Assembly: GCF_004010195.1 (NCBI RefSeq)
Contig: NC_057718.1
Coordinates: 32,806,203 to 32,870,202 of the forward strand
Direction: 5' to 3'
Source of the DNA: Chiloscyllium plagiosum
Lineage: Eukaryota
DNA: 64,000 nucleotides
Position numbers and translations under genes: made by a program
The notes under the pieces: generated by a model
Databases searched by the model: none
What the model was told of the DNA's origin: nothing
What the model saw: only the letters and a program-made list of their open reading frames with translations
Shown: positions 1 to 11,730 of the stretch, one piece after another
Layout: every line of letters starts with the position of its first letter
Position numbering within the stretch: position 1 is the first letter of the stretch

Positions 1-170
1 GTTGAATAGAGCTCTGAAAGATAGTGGAATCAAGGATTATGGAGATAAGGCAGGAACAGGATACTGATTAGGAATGATCAGCCATGATAATATTGAATGG
101 CGGTGCAGGCTCGAAGGGCAGAATGGCCTACTCCTGCACCTATTGACTATTGTCTATTGTCTATTGTCTA
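1..170 (+). mobile_element. CR1 LINE 3' end
   Basis: gatcagccatga...gaatggcctactcctgc terminus followed by a (tattgtc)n tail. Confidence 0.8.
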
Positions 171-329
171 AAATTTACAATGCACACTGATTAACTGTGG
201 CCATTCTTGTACTGACAACTCTCTAACATATTCCTTCTGGTGCCACAACCATTATTGCAGGTAAAGCCTCATAGGCCACTCAACCATCCTGACATCAATC
301 CACATCATGACTAATATTGTTGCTAAAAG

Positions 330-620
330 CAATGGCCTCTACCACCGAAAAGGGCAGGGCAGCAGTTAGATAGGAATACGACCTCATCTACATGATCCCC
401 TCCAAGCCATTCATAAGCGTGACTTGGAAACATATTGCTTTTCCTTTACTATCACTGAATCAAGATGCTGGAATTCCCTCCCTAACAGCATTGTGGGTAT
501 ACATAACCCACAAGGACTGCAATAGTGCCAGAGACAGCTCATCAGCACCATGTCAAGGGCAATAAATGCTGGTCATTATTAGAAGTGTTCACATCTCTTG
601 AATGAATGAGAACAAAATAA
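330..620 (+). mobile_element. 3' end of a second LINE family (CR1/L2 group, here family B)
   Basis: ccctccaagcca...gacttggaaa...ctggaattccctccctaacagcattgtggg...gggcaataaatgctgg; similar to ends at 8400-8690, 39420-39610 (-) and 59400-59640. Confidence 0.7.
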
Positions 621-779
621 TTGTTCCATGATAAAAATGGTTCTGGCAGTTTCCTGGCAATTTTGGATTTATGATAAGTTAATGGCATTTCACACCAGCT
701 GATCATTGATTGAATCAAAATCTTTCCTCTTAATAGTCTTTTAAATGGTCCTTCAAGTGCCACAGTTACTCTTTATAAT

Positions 780-2300
780 TAGAATCACAGAGTCATAGAA
801 TTATACACAGAAACAGACCCTTCCGGGCAACTCATCCGTGCAGACCAGTTACCCTAAACTGATCAAGTGCCATTTGCCAGCATTTAGCCATATCCCTCTA
901 AACCCTTCCTATTCGTTACTCATCCAGATGCCTTTTAAATATTGTAATTGTATCCACTTCCTCTGGCAGCTTGTTCCATACTCTCACCACTCTGTATGAA
1001 AACATTGCTCCTCAGGTCTCTTTTAAACTTTTCCTATCTCACCTTAAATGTATGCCCTCTAGTTTTGGCCTTCCCTACCCAGAGGAAAAGACCTTAGCAA
1101 TTTACCCTATCCATGCTCCTCATGACTTTATAAACCTCTATAAGGTCACCTTCAGCCTCCAATGCTCCAGGGAAAAAAATCCCCAGTCTATTCAGTCTCT
1201 CCATATACCTCAAACCCAACCCTACCCCCCACCCACCCATTCCTGGCAACATCCTTGTAAATCTTTTCTGAACCCTTTCAAGTTTAACAACATCTTTCAT
1301 ATAGCAGGGGACCAGAATTGAATGTAGTATTCTAAAAATGACCTAACCAATGTCCTGTACAGCTGCAACATGACATCCTAACTGTTATATTCCTGCCTCG
1401 GGCGATTGTCTGTGTGGCGTTTTCACATTCTCCCTGCGTCTGTGTGGGTTTCCTCCCAAAGTCCGAAGTTGTGCAGGTCAGGTGAATTGGTTGTGCTAAA
1501 TTGCCCATAGTGTTAGGTGCATTAGTTAGGGGGAAATGGGTCTGGGTGGGTTACTCTTCAAAGGGTCGGTGTGGACTTGTTGGGCTGAAGGACCTGTTTC
1601 CACACTGTAGGGAATCTACAGTGCACTGACCAATGAAGGCAAGCATGTCAAATGCCTTCTTCACCACCCTATCTATCTGTAACTCCACTGACAATAAACC
1701 ATGCATACCCACCCATAGGTTTCTTTGTTCAACAACACTCCTTAGGGCCCTACCATTAATTGTGTAAGTCCTGCCCTGGTTTGACTTACACAATACAACA
1801 CCTTACATTTACCTCAACTAAACTCCATTTATCCATCCTTGGCCCAAAGGCCCATCTGATCAAGGTCCTGTGGTAATCTGAGATAACCTTCTTCGCTGTC
1901 CACTCCACCATCAATTTTGATGTCATTTGCAAACTTACGTACTGTCTCTCCTATATTCACATCCAAATCATTTATATAAATGACGAAAAGCAGTGGACCC
2001 AGCACCAATCATTGTGGAACACCACTGGTCACAGGCCTCCGGTCTGAAAAACAACCCTCTACTGCCGCCCTCTATCTTCTAACTTCAAGCTAATTTTGTA
2101 TCTAATTGGCTAGCTTCCCTGGATTGTACATGATCTAACCCTACTAACCAGTCTACCATGCAGAACCTTGTCAAATGCCTTCCTGAAATCTGTATAGACA
2201 TCTATCGCCCTGCCTTCATTAATCTTCTTTGTTAGCTCTTCAGAAAACTCAATCAAGTTAGTGAGACACAATTTCCCCCATACAAAACCATGCTGAGTCA
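780..2300 (-). mobile_element. CR1 LINE ORF2 (RT) fragment with 3' tail, interrupted by a SINE piece
   Basis: Minus ORFs QHGFVWGKLCLTNLIEF..YTDFRKAFDKV, VVKKAFDMLAFI and LERVQKRFTRMLPG; frameshifted. Confidence 0.92.
1389..1618 (+). mobile_element. HE1-like V-SINE fragment, inverted near-copy of 2949-3178
   Basis: V-domain and CR1-type tail with no tRNA head; 3 mismatches in 230 bp to the reverse complement of 2949-3178. Confidence 0.9.
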
Positions 2301-2942
2301 AAATGCTTGTGGAAATTATATGATGTAGTGTTAAATAGTTCTCTTTCTGTTTCTCATTTTCCAGAGCGAATGGTGTGAATTGCACACCCCTCCCGATTAC
2401 ACAGTCAGTTCTTGTTTTTAAATACAATGGTGACTTACTGCCTGACTGATGTGACAAAGCTCCCCAAATACTGCCTTACGGATCTGTTTTCAGCAAGATG
2501 CATGGTACAAGTCTGTTCTCCTTTAGAAATTGGCCTGCAGACCTTTAACCATTAGTTGACTTGTTTTTCATTTGCCTGAGGGATGAAAGGCAGTTTCTGA
2601 GGCAACGACAGTCAGAATATTCCAAGATTTGCTCAGTGGATAATTATATGTTGGGAAGGGATGTCTCAGAAAATGTTGGAAATACTCAGCATCTCTGGAG
2701 AAAACCACTCCAGTTTTTTTTGTTTCCAGCATCTGCAATATTTTGTTTTGATCTTAATGCCTTCTGTGATGCTTCATTCTAAATATCTTCGATATAATCT
2801 CTTTTGCCCTTTCCTCTTCAAAATATAGGAATGTAGGAACTTTCATTAGGAAATTCATGTCCCTAGGAAAAGTATACTTTCTACAAAGGTGACAGACAGA
2901 TAATTAATCACAGTTATTGGTTGGACTGTGACCAGAAGGATT

Positions 2943-3240
2943 TTAGATTAGATTCCCTACAGTGTGGAAACAGGCCCTTCAGCCCAACAAGTCCACACCG
3001 ACCCTTTGAAGAGTAACCCACCCAGACCCATTTCCCCCTAACTAATGCACCTAACACTATGGGCAATTTAGCACGACCAATTCACCTGACCTGCACAACT
3101 TCGGACTTTGGGAGGAAACCCACACAGACGCAGGGAGAATGTGAAAATGCCACACAGACAATCGCCCGAGGCAGGAATCAAATCCAGGTCCCTGGTGCTG
3201 TGAGGCAACAGTGCTAACCATTGAGCCACCATGCCACACC
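2943..3240 (-). mobile_element. HE1-like tRNA-derived V-SINE
   Basis: tRNA-like head, V-domain, CR1-like tail ending (aatct)n on the minus strand. Confidence 0.9.
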
Positions 3241-4401
3241 AACGTTATTGCACATATTCTGATAATATTCTCACATACAACCAATTCTGAAAAGCTGTCT
3301 ACAAAACCACAGAAAACATAACTGGCTCACCCTTCCTACATTTCTAGAACCATATTGTTGGACATTCTTATTGGAGATTGAGTCCGTCTTACTAATTAAT
3401 ATAATTATCACCATCAAACGCAAAATGCTACATTCCTCCACTATGGCAAAAGACAATCTTTCCCCAACGAACACTTTGGTGAAACACTCATGGGCTCTTT
3501 ATTTATTTATTTATTTATTCGGAGATATGGGCCTCTCTGGCTGGGCTAGCATGTATTGCCCAGCCTAAGTTACTCTTGAGAAGATGATGGTGAGCTGCCT
3601 TATTGATCTGCATATGTCAATATGAAAAGACAGGAAAGATAGGTGAATATTTGAGAATTGTTTGTGCACCTTGTTTTGTTTGACTGCATAGATTTTCAGC
3701 CCAATTCTGGGCAAACTTTGAATGTTTCACGTTTAAATTCTAGGGGAAATGTGAACTCTTGAGAAGGCAATGGTCTTTAGCTGAGGTACCAGGCAGTCTA
3801 CAATCCTTACTCCACATGACTCATGCCACATTCCAAGATCTGAGTGGAATAACAAGCAAACAATTCCTTCAGTGCCCCAGGAAAGTCTAATCTTAAAATA
3901 GGTAAACAGCAGCACTGATATCCTCATGAATCAAACTAGACAGGGCCAGGGTTTTGTGAAATAACTGCAAACCCCAAACAGTGCATATTATACAAAATAT
4001 ACACAGCCATACAAACAATGGAAGGTACCTTCCAATATGTACATGTGAAAAAATTACACCCTGATTTCAGGAAGCACATACTTTATTAAATGAAAGAAGC
4101 AAGTAAACTGAAAGTGCTGGTGTGATATTCTGGGTTTTAGAGGAACTGGAATTTCGCAATTCACATGATTTGCTTCTCTAGTCAATCTTTAAGATCATTG
4201 TCAGTACAAATCTATAGATCCCAGGGTCAGACATTGTTTTAATTATATTCATGTTATGTTGGTTTCCACTGTTAAACTGAAGTAAGCATAGTAGAAATGT
4301 TGATGATTAGACTGTGAGGAAGCAATAGCACACATAACTGATGTCACTAAATTTAAACCCAGATTTATTTCAATAGTAGCATAAATTCAGCATTAGATGT
4401 G

Positions 4402-4488
4402 GAGCTGAAAAACGTGTTGCTGGAAAAACGCAGCAGGTCAGGCAGCATCCAAGGAGCAGGAGAATCAACGTTTCGGGCATAAGCCCTT
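4402..4488 (-). mobile_element. Short Penelope-type terminal fragment
   Basis: gctggaaaaacgcagcaggtcaggcagcatccaaggagcaggagaatc family; 13-bp TSD ttagatgtggagc (4393-4405 / 4487-4499). Confidence 0.7.
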
Positions 4489-5269
4489 AGATGTGGAGCC
4501 TAACATCATTCACATGGAACCAGTTCTACAATTCCAATTAGTTCTGTCTACAGAACTGGGACTTTATAATAAAAGATCTTGATAATTTCCTTCACAGTAA
4601 ATCTTTTGCCTGACTTCAATGGATGTTCATCACAAACCTCACGCTGCTTTGCCCTGCCGAAGTTATTGTGCTGGCGAAGGATAAAGTCTGAGAAATCTCA
4701 CTTTCATAACAATGTTGTAGAATTTGTTTCTATGCAGCTACTTCATTTGTGTTAATTTCAATTAGTGTGGAAGCACTCATACTCAACCATGTTTCAATAC
4801 ACCCTAATTATAAATCTTTTGCATTGGAAAAATAAACCTGATGATGTATCCCTTAGCAATATGATACCATCTGTATATCATGATATACTTGCTATCCCAT
4901 GTAATAAACTAATATCTTGGGTAAATGGAGCAATATCGAAAGTTTCTTTAGACTTCCCTGGATACTTTAACTTTCAACACTTTAATTTTGTCTAGACAGG
5001 AAGCAGTTAACTGGAGTTGCTGAAAAAACAAATATCTATGACTTGGAAGGTCCCCGGCGAGATATTGCAGACTTTATTATATTCGCTATGACAGTGTCTT
5101 CTGCTACCCCATGCTTATTATGACTAGAGGAAGGTCTAGAGAATTTTAGTCAAAAAGAACAGGAAGGTCTGAACTCAAATAGTTTCACTCATGAAGTATG
5201 AGATTTGAATGCTGAAGCTGAAGTCTAAAAAACAAGCAAGGGAATAGAACAACCCTGTAGTGCTATTCT

Positions 5270-5610
5270 GAAGAGGTTTGATATGGTAGACTGAGAGATT
5301 TGTTTCTGCTGGTTTGGGCATTTAAAACACGGAGACTCTTTCTTAGGATCAGGAGCCCGTCATTCAGGAGTGAGATGAGGAGAAATTACTTCATTCAAAG
5401 GGCTGTGATTCTGTGGAGAGGGTTGTGGATGTTGAATTGACAAATTGATTAAGGCTGCCAGCAACAGATATTTGGTCTCTCAGAGCATCAAAGGGTATGG
5501 GAAGTGGGAAGGTGGTGTTGCAGCCCAAGATCAGCCATGATTGGGTTAATTGGCGAAGCAATCTCAACAAGCCGTATGGTCTAGTCTTGATCCTATTCCT
5601 TTAGTTCTAG
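5270..5610 (+). mobile_element. Decayed CR1 3' end
   Basis: gagatgaggagaaattacttcattcaaagggctgtg...gatcagccatga pattern shared with the other CR1 tails. Confidence 0.75.
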
Positions 5611-5826
5611 TGCAATATAGGAAGATAACAGCTTGAGAGTTGATCTGAAGACTATAAGGAAAGTGGTTATCTTGATTTGCCCAGCATGGTCCTGATAAAA
5701 CACCTGAAACTTGCGCCACTTGAGACTACAGAATAGATCAACATGAGAAATGACAAATGTTGTACGAGCATAGTATCTCAAGAAATATCAGGAGACATCC
5801 GGTCAACCAGCAGTTTAAAGACTAAA

Positions 5827-6934
5827 AGTTATGACAACTTTCACTGACCAACTGGAGAAATCAGAGTGGAGCTGGTATGATAATACTATGACTTTAAGAA
5901 GTACATTTTCTCCTTTTTAAATGAAGTACAGTTGAAACGGAGGAGAGTAGCAGTTTACTCAAAGCCAATAAAGAAAACAGCTTGTGAGGCCTTGGGGTTC
6001 TTTTTTACATTGCAGCCTGAATGGGTGAGTTCAAGCTCCCACAGAACCAGGATTTTTAGTTTTAGTTTTCTGCAGTTGCTGGAGTTTTGAAACTGGATGT
6101 GGAAGCTCTTATTCCTCTCTCTCTGGTACAGCTAAAGGCTGGGGTACTCTTCCTGCTGCTAGAATTGCATGTGAGACAATCTATTTTTACTGCATTTGAC
6201 TTTGCCAAGGGTTTGTTTATGGGATTTTACTGCATTGGAACAGTTAATTAGTAGTAGTCAATAAATGTATTAATTTGTTAAGCATTTTGATAGATTTACA
6301 ATTAAGCTAATTCTTTCCTTTTTATTTTGTCAGTATTTTAACCGTGATGTAAAAATAAAGTGTGCTTGCTTAAAGTTGAGTAGGTTGACCAGTTGAGTTA
6401 AATCTGGAATGCAATACCATGCACTTACCTTTAAAATAATAAAAAGTTAGGTCGAGGCTATCTCTTTAATATAGTTTGAGGGGGTTGCAAGTTAGCTCGC
6501 TGAGCTGGAAAGTTTGTTCTCAGATGTTTTGACACCATGCTGGGTAACATCATCAGTGAGCTTCCGGTGAAGCACTGGCATTCTGTCCCACTTTCTATTT
6601 ATGTGTCTTGATCTCTTGGGCATGTTGTGTCTACTTGTATGGTTTTGTTGTTTAAGAATTGGCAGACTGCCTTTATCGGGTACCCATTCTTCTTGAGTAT
6701 ACTGTATAGGTATTTTTCCTCTGCTGCTCATAGTTCCTGAGTGCTGCAGTGTGTTGTGCCTCATTTAACTAATGTCCTGACGCAGCTCCCTTTATGGGTG
6801 TTGGGACAATTGTTTCTGTAGTTAAGTATCTTGTCTGTGTGTGTTGCTTTCTTTGTGGGTGTTGGTCTGCAATTATCCTCAAATCTTCTCAAAAATCGCA
6901 AATAGCTGGAGGGGTTTTAATCTGGTCCATAACA
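5827..6934 (+). mobile_element. Possible solo LTR, split by a Penelope insertion
   Basis: Begins (a)gttatg and ends cataaca (terminal inverted TGTTATG/CATAACA, one mismatch); AATAAA near 6354; no clear TSD. Confidence 0.4.
6487..6908 (-). mobile_element. Internally deleted Penelope-like element
   Basis: Minus strand reads RKATHTDKILNYRNNCPNTHKGSCVRTL...YLYSILKKNGYP (PLE RT thumb) joined to the same terminus as 40740-40848; decayed hammerhead at 6519-6560; imperfect TSD gagggg(g)tt. Confidence 0.8.
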
Positions 6935-7269
6935 CTGGAGCATTTCTTTCTGAGAATTGTTTGCATTTCTTCTTGAAATAATATCAAATGCACTGCAAAT
7001 ATAAAACTCGCCTTTTCTCGTTGAATAACTGCTGCTATTTCCTAGTGTTCGCTGAATAGCTATGTTTTAATTTACTAGTTTTAATCTGTTTGGTACAGCA
7101 CAGTAACAGATCATTTAGTCCAACAGATTTGTGTCAATACTTCTGGTCTACTGGAGCGGCCTACTATCCTTCACCTGTCCCCATCAACACATCATGCTAC
7201 TCCTTTCTATCTCTTGTGCTCCAGAACTTGCTAAGCTGCTATCTAAGCTGGTTCTGCACAACTATGAGA

Positions 7270-8690
7270 CTGGCTTCTACCCAGCAATGTGAAACATTGC
7301 ACAAGTATGTCCCGTAAACAAAAATGCAGGACTAAATCAACTCGGGCAATTATTGCTCCATTGGTCTACTCTCAATCATCAGTAAAGTGTTGGTAAGTGT
7401 CATCAACAGTGTTGTTAAGCAGCACTTCCTTAGCAATAACCTGCTAACTGACACTCAGTTTGGGTCACTATCACCGCTCAGCTCCTGACTTCATCTCAGC
7501 CTTACTTCAAATATAAACAAGAGATGAATTCTAGAGGTGAGGTAAGAATGAGGGCTGTACAGCAAGGCTACTTTTACCACGTGGGCCATCAAGGAGCCCT
7601 GTAAAACTGCAATCAATAGGAATCAGGAAGGAAGCTCTCTACTAAATACAGTTATACCTGGCACGAAAGAAGAGATTGCAGTTGTTGCAGATTGATGATC
7701 TCAGCTCCAAGATATCTCTGCGAGAATTCCTCAGGAGAGTGTCCTTCGCCAAACTATATTCAACTGCTTTACTAATGTAATTCTCTCCATCAGAAGGTCA
7801 GAAGTAGGAAGTTTTGCTGATGATTGCACAATGTTCAGTACCATTTGTGTTTCTCAGATATTGAAGAAGTCAATGCCCAAATGCAAAATGATTTGGACAA
7901 TATCCAGGCTTGGGCTGACAAGTGGCAAGTAATATTGACGATACACAAGTGATACACAAGTGCCAGGCAATGACCATCTCCAACAAGAAATAATCTAATC
8001 ATCATCCTTTGAAATTCAATGGCCATATCCCCACTAACAACATTTTGTAGGTTACCATTGACTAGAAATTCAACTAGACTAGCCATATAAAAACAGTGGC
8101 AACAAGAGCAGGTTAGAGGCTAGGAATCTTGCAGAGAGTAACTCCACTCTTGATTCTTGTAAAGCTGTCCACTATCTACAAACCACAAGTCAGGAGTCTG
8201 ATGGAATACTCTGCACTTACCTGGTTGAGTGCAGCTCCAATAACACCCATGAAGCTTGAGACCATCCAAGACTAAGCAGCCCACTTGATTGACGACACTT
8301 TAGACTTTCCAGCACTGATGCCCAGTAACAGCAGTGTGTACCATCTACAAGATGCACTGCAGAAATTCAATGAGACTTCATGGACAACCCCTTCCAAACC
8401 CATGGCCATTGCGACCTAGAGGGTCAAGGTCAGCAAATATATGGGAAACATCGCCACGTGGAAGTTTCCCTCCAAGCCACACACCATCCTGACTTGGAAA
8501 TGTATTGCCATTCCCGTGGTGCTGGGGCAAAATCTTGAAATTCCCTCTTTATTTACATTTTGAGTGTACCGACACTTAATGGACAGCATTGGTTCAAGAC
8601 AATAGCTCACCACCACCTTGTAAAGGGCACGTAGGGACAGGCAATAAATGCTAACCCAATCAGAGATGCTCAGATCCCATGAATTGTTTT
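7270..8690 (+). mobile_element. LINE family B RT fragment with 3' end
   Basis: Decayed RT motifs including FADD (tttgctgatgat at 7813); terminus ggcaataaatgc. Confidence 0.85.
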
Positions 8691-8719
8691 TGATAAATTT
8701 TGCTATTAAAACCCAAAAA

Positions 8720-9150
8720 AGGAAACATTTGCAATTATGTAGTACTTTTCATGACCATGCCTCAAAGTACTCTACAATCATTGAACTACATTTTGAAAAG
8801 TAGCCTTCTTGTAATATTGGAACTATAACCATCAATTTCCACTCATCAAAGTGCCACAAACAGCAACATGATAACAGCTAACTAGGCTGTGTTTTATGGT
8901 ATTGACTGAAGAATAAATATTGACCATGGCACCAGAGAAAATCTCCTCTGACCTAAAATGATGTCATGACATCTTTATAGTGAGACAGATGTAAACTTAT
9001 CTGAAAAGTGGCCCCTATAACACTACAAAACACCCTCACCATTGCACTGGATTGTCAATCTTGATTTTTCATGCCCAAACCCTATAATGGAACTTAAACA
9101 CAGAATCTTATGATTCAGAGGTAAATGCACTACAAAATGAGCCACCACGG
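8720..9150 (-). mobile_element. Old Deu-domain SINE (SacSINE1/AmnSINE-like)
   Basis: Reverse complement holds tcaatatttattcttca and ttgctgtttgtgg Deu-like blocks; related to 44990-45329 and 53800-54160. Confidence 0.6.
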
Positions 9151-9414
9151 AACTGTAACTACTCTTTGGTTTCATATTCTAACCATTCTACAGGATACTT
9201 GATACTTCTTCTGGGCTGGAGAGTGGGAAGGGATAGATCCAGTTGCCATGGTCCACATAGATATCAACAATACAGGTAGGATTAGGAAAGGAGGGATTAT
9301 GAGCATTTCGTGGCTAATTTATAAACTGAACCACAAAGTGATCCCCTGATCACTACATGGACCAACGCAAATTAGTGTAGAGTAAATAAGCTTAGAGAGG
9401 TAAATGTGTCACTC

Positions 9415-9620
9415 AAAGATTGCTGGAGATCAGAGTCAAGAGTGTGTTTGAGTCCACATCAGAGTCAAGCACAGCAGATCAGGCAGTATCCGAGGAGCAG
9501 GAGAATCGACGTTTTGGGCATGAGCATTCCTGATGAAGGACTTATGCCTGAAATGTCAATTGTCCTGCTCCTCGGATGCTGCCTGACCTGCTGTGCTTTT
9601 CCAGCACCACACACTCAACA
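9415..9620. mobile_element. Inverted pair of Penelope-type terminal fragments
   Basis: Two arms of the 4402 family head-to-head; decayed hammerhead cctgatgaaggacttatgcctgaaatgtc at 9529-9557. Confidence 0.7.
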
Positions 9621-9769
9621 TGACATTTACGCACGCACTGTCCAAAGGTCTTTACTCCATTGGCATCAGGTCTTTATAAACAGAAAAGGAAATTAAAGTT
9701 AAATAACAAAATGTGTATATGGAAGCAAACTGTGATTTACATTGGGTTGAGGAAACCTTTGCCTTTCTG

Positions 9770-11730
9770 TTGGTTATTCCCATGAGACTTCTTTCCACCA
9801 AATACATATTTTTTCCAGAGAAGGTTTGTTTGACTGTTCCATTTACCATCCCTCACTGATGGCCCCTGCTATTACAGGTCCTGGAACAATTGTTCAATCT
9901 CCTCTGCTCAGCATTCTCCTTCATTTGCCACCTACTGATGGAGGTTCAATTCCATCCAAGCAACTATACAAAGCACACAGTGGCCATTTGATATTCAGTT
10001 ACATGATTAGCAGGTTTAATTGCAGCATGACAGCTAGTGTGTTTGAGTCCACATCAGTATTCTCTTCTTGCATCATCAGCCTATGCAAATGGCAAAGATT
10101 GGGGTGATATCTAGCAATTGCTTGAGAGGACCAGATCACTCCTTGAGCTGTATTGGAAACTTACAAGGGATCCAGGCTCTAAGGTAGATTACCCACAGTG
10201 CTGGTGCTGGGAGGCAGCAACTGAAGCAAGTCTCAGCAACCGTATGACTCCTGGAGATCTGACTGGCCTATACCCCATTGTGGGGTCTCATGTACATTGC
10301 TGACACTCCACTGAATCTATGCCTGAATGTTGGAGGGAGTCTGGGTCAGCATGCTGCCTTTGATTTGTGGCTCAATGTCAGCCACAACCCCTCCAACTGG
10401 GCAGGGGGTGTGTTCCCTCCCTCAGGTCAGCTTCAGGCTAAAGGCATCAGCATTTTCATTACTTTTGCCTGACCTGTACTGCATCTAGAATTGAAAACCT
10501 GTGTGTCAGTGACCCATTGAAACTCTGTAGCTCCAAGCTTGGTGGATATTTGAAAGTAGTTGAGTGGGTTGCTGTTGGCAAACAGTTCAAACTTGGGATA
10601 CACCAAAATGTCTCTGAATAGCTGGGAAATAACTTAACTCAAAGCTCGCTGTTTGACTTTTCATACTGGAGTAATTCTCTATATCCCTCTCATTCAGCTT
10701 GAGACTCTTAAGTGACATCAGTTGGAATCACTCTTTCTTGCCCTTGAACCTGGGACAACACTGTTACTGGGCCAAGAAAATTTATATCAGTTTCCAGTAC
10801 GAAAGGGAGATGGAAATCTAGGAAGCCAAGCACTTCACCTGTTCGTATCCAACTCCCTGTGATGCTCCATAAAGTATCCCAACTTGCAATTCTTTTTCCA
10901 ATCACTCCTTCAGCATTCTCTCATTTCCTCAGCAAATCATGGAATAGGGCAGCCAACTGTGAGTAGCCTTGCACAAAACTCCCATAGCATCACGATCGAC
11001 AGAAGAACCCATACAGTGCTCTCCCAGTCTTAGGCTAGAACTTCCTTCACCACTCGGACTTTCTCATCTTCAGAAATAATGCCTTCCTTGATAATGAAGT
11101 GCCCAAGGTATCGTACTTATGTCTGGAAAAGTTGATCCTTCTCTAGTTTGATTTTCAAGTTAAAACTGTGCCAAGTGGGCGATGACAAATTCTAGTTTTG
11201 CAAAGTTATCCTAGCATATTGAATCAAAGACGAATCATCTAGACAGACAGGGAGGGATTGAAAATTATGGCTGTTGAAAGCTTCATTGTGATTTGGAGGT
11301 GCCGGTGTTGGACTGGGGTGTACAAAGTTAAAAATCACACAAAACCAGGTTATAGTCCAACAGGTTTATTTGGAAGCACTAGCTTCACCAGTATGAAAAG
11401 CTCCTTCATCAGGTGCTTGTGGAGTCTAAGATTGTAGGACACAGAATTTATAGCAAAAGTTTTATCCATCACATGTATGAAGGCAGAATGTGAAATACAG
11501 AGCCCATATGGTATTTTTGAAGCTTGTGGTTTATATTAGGTTGTGGACTCCTTTGACCATCTACTATGTCTTCCTGTGAGTCCTATTTCCCCCAAAACAT
11601 CCTTTTTCCAGAGAGGGTCTATTTGACTGCTCCAGGTGCCCTCCTTCACCGTCATCACCTGTTGCTGGAGGTCCTGGCACAATTGTTCAAACTCCTCTGC
11701 TCAGTGCCCTCTCCCATCATCACCATTTGA
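9770..11730 (-). mobile_element. Highly decayed Ty3/Gypsy LTR-retrotransposon internal sequence
   Basis: Minus-strand pieces CLDD..NLKIKLEKDQLFQT*VRYLGHFIIKEGIISEDEKV (RT, 11040-11250) and NPLNYFQISTKLGATEFQWV..QYRSGKSNENADA (RNase H end, 10440-10580). Confidence 0.7.
11290..11462 (-). mobile_element. Penelope-type terminal fragment, third family
   Basis: gccggtgttggactggggtg...tatagtccaacaggtttatt...gctccttcatcagg (CTGATGA core on -); sister copy at 49458-49580. Confidence 0.6.

Noticed and set aside
2335..2425. Strong polypyrimidine tract + CAG as the acceptor of an upstream gene exon
   Set aside because: The following frames are short and match no protein I recognise.
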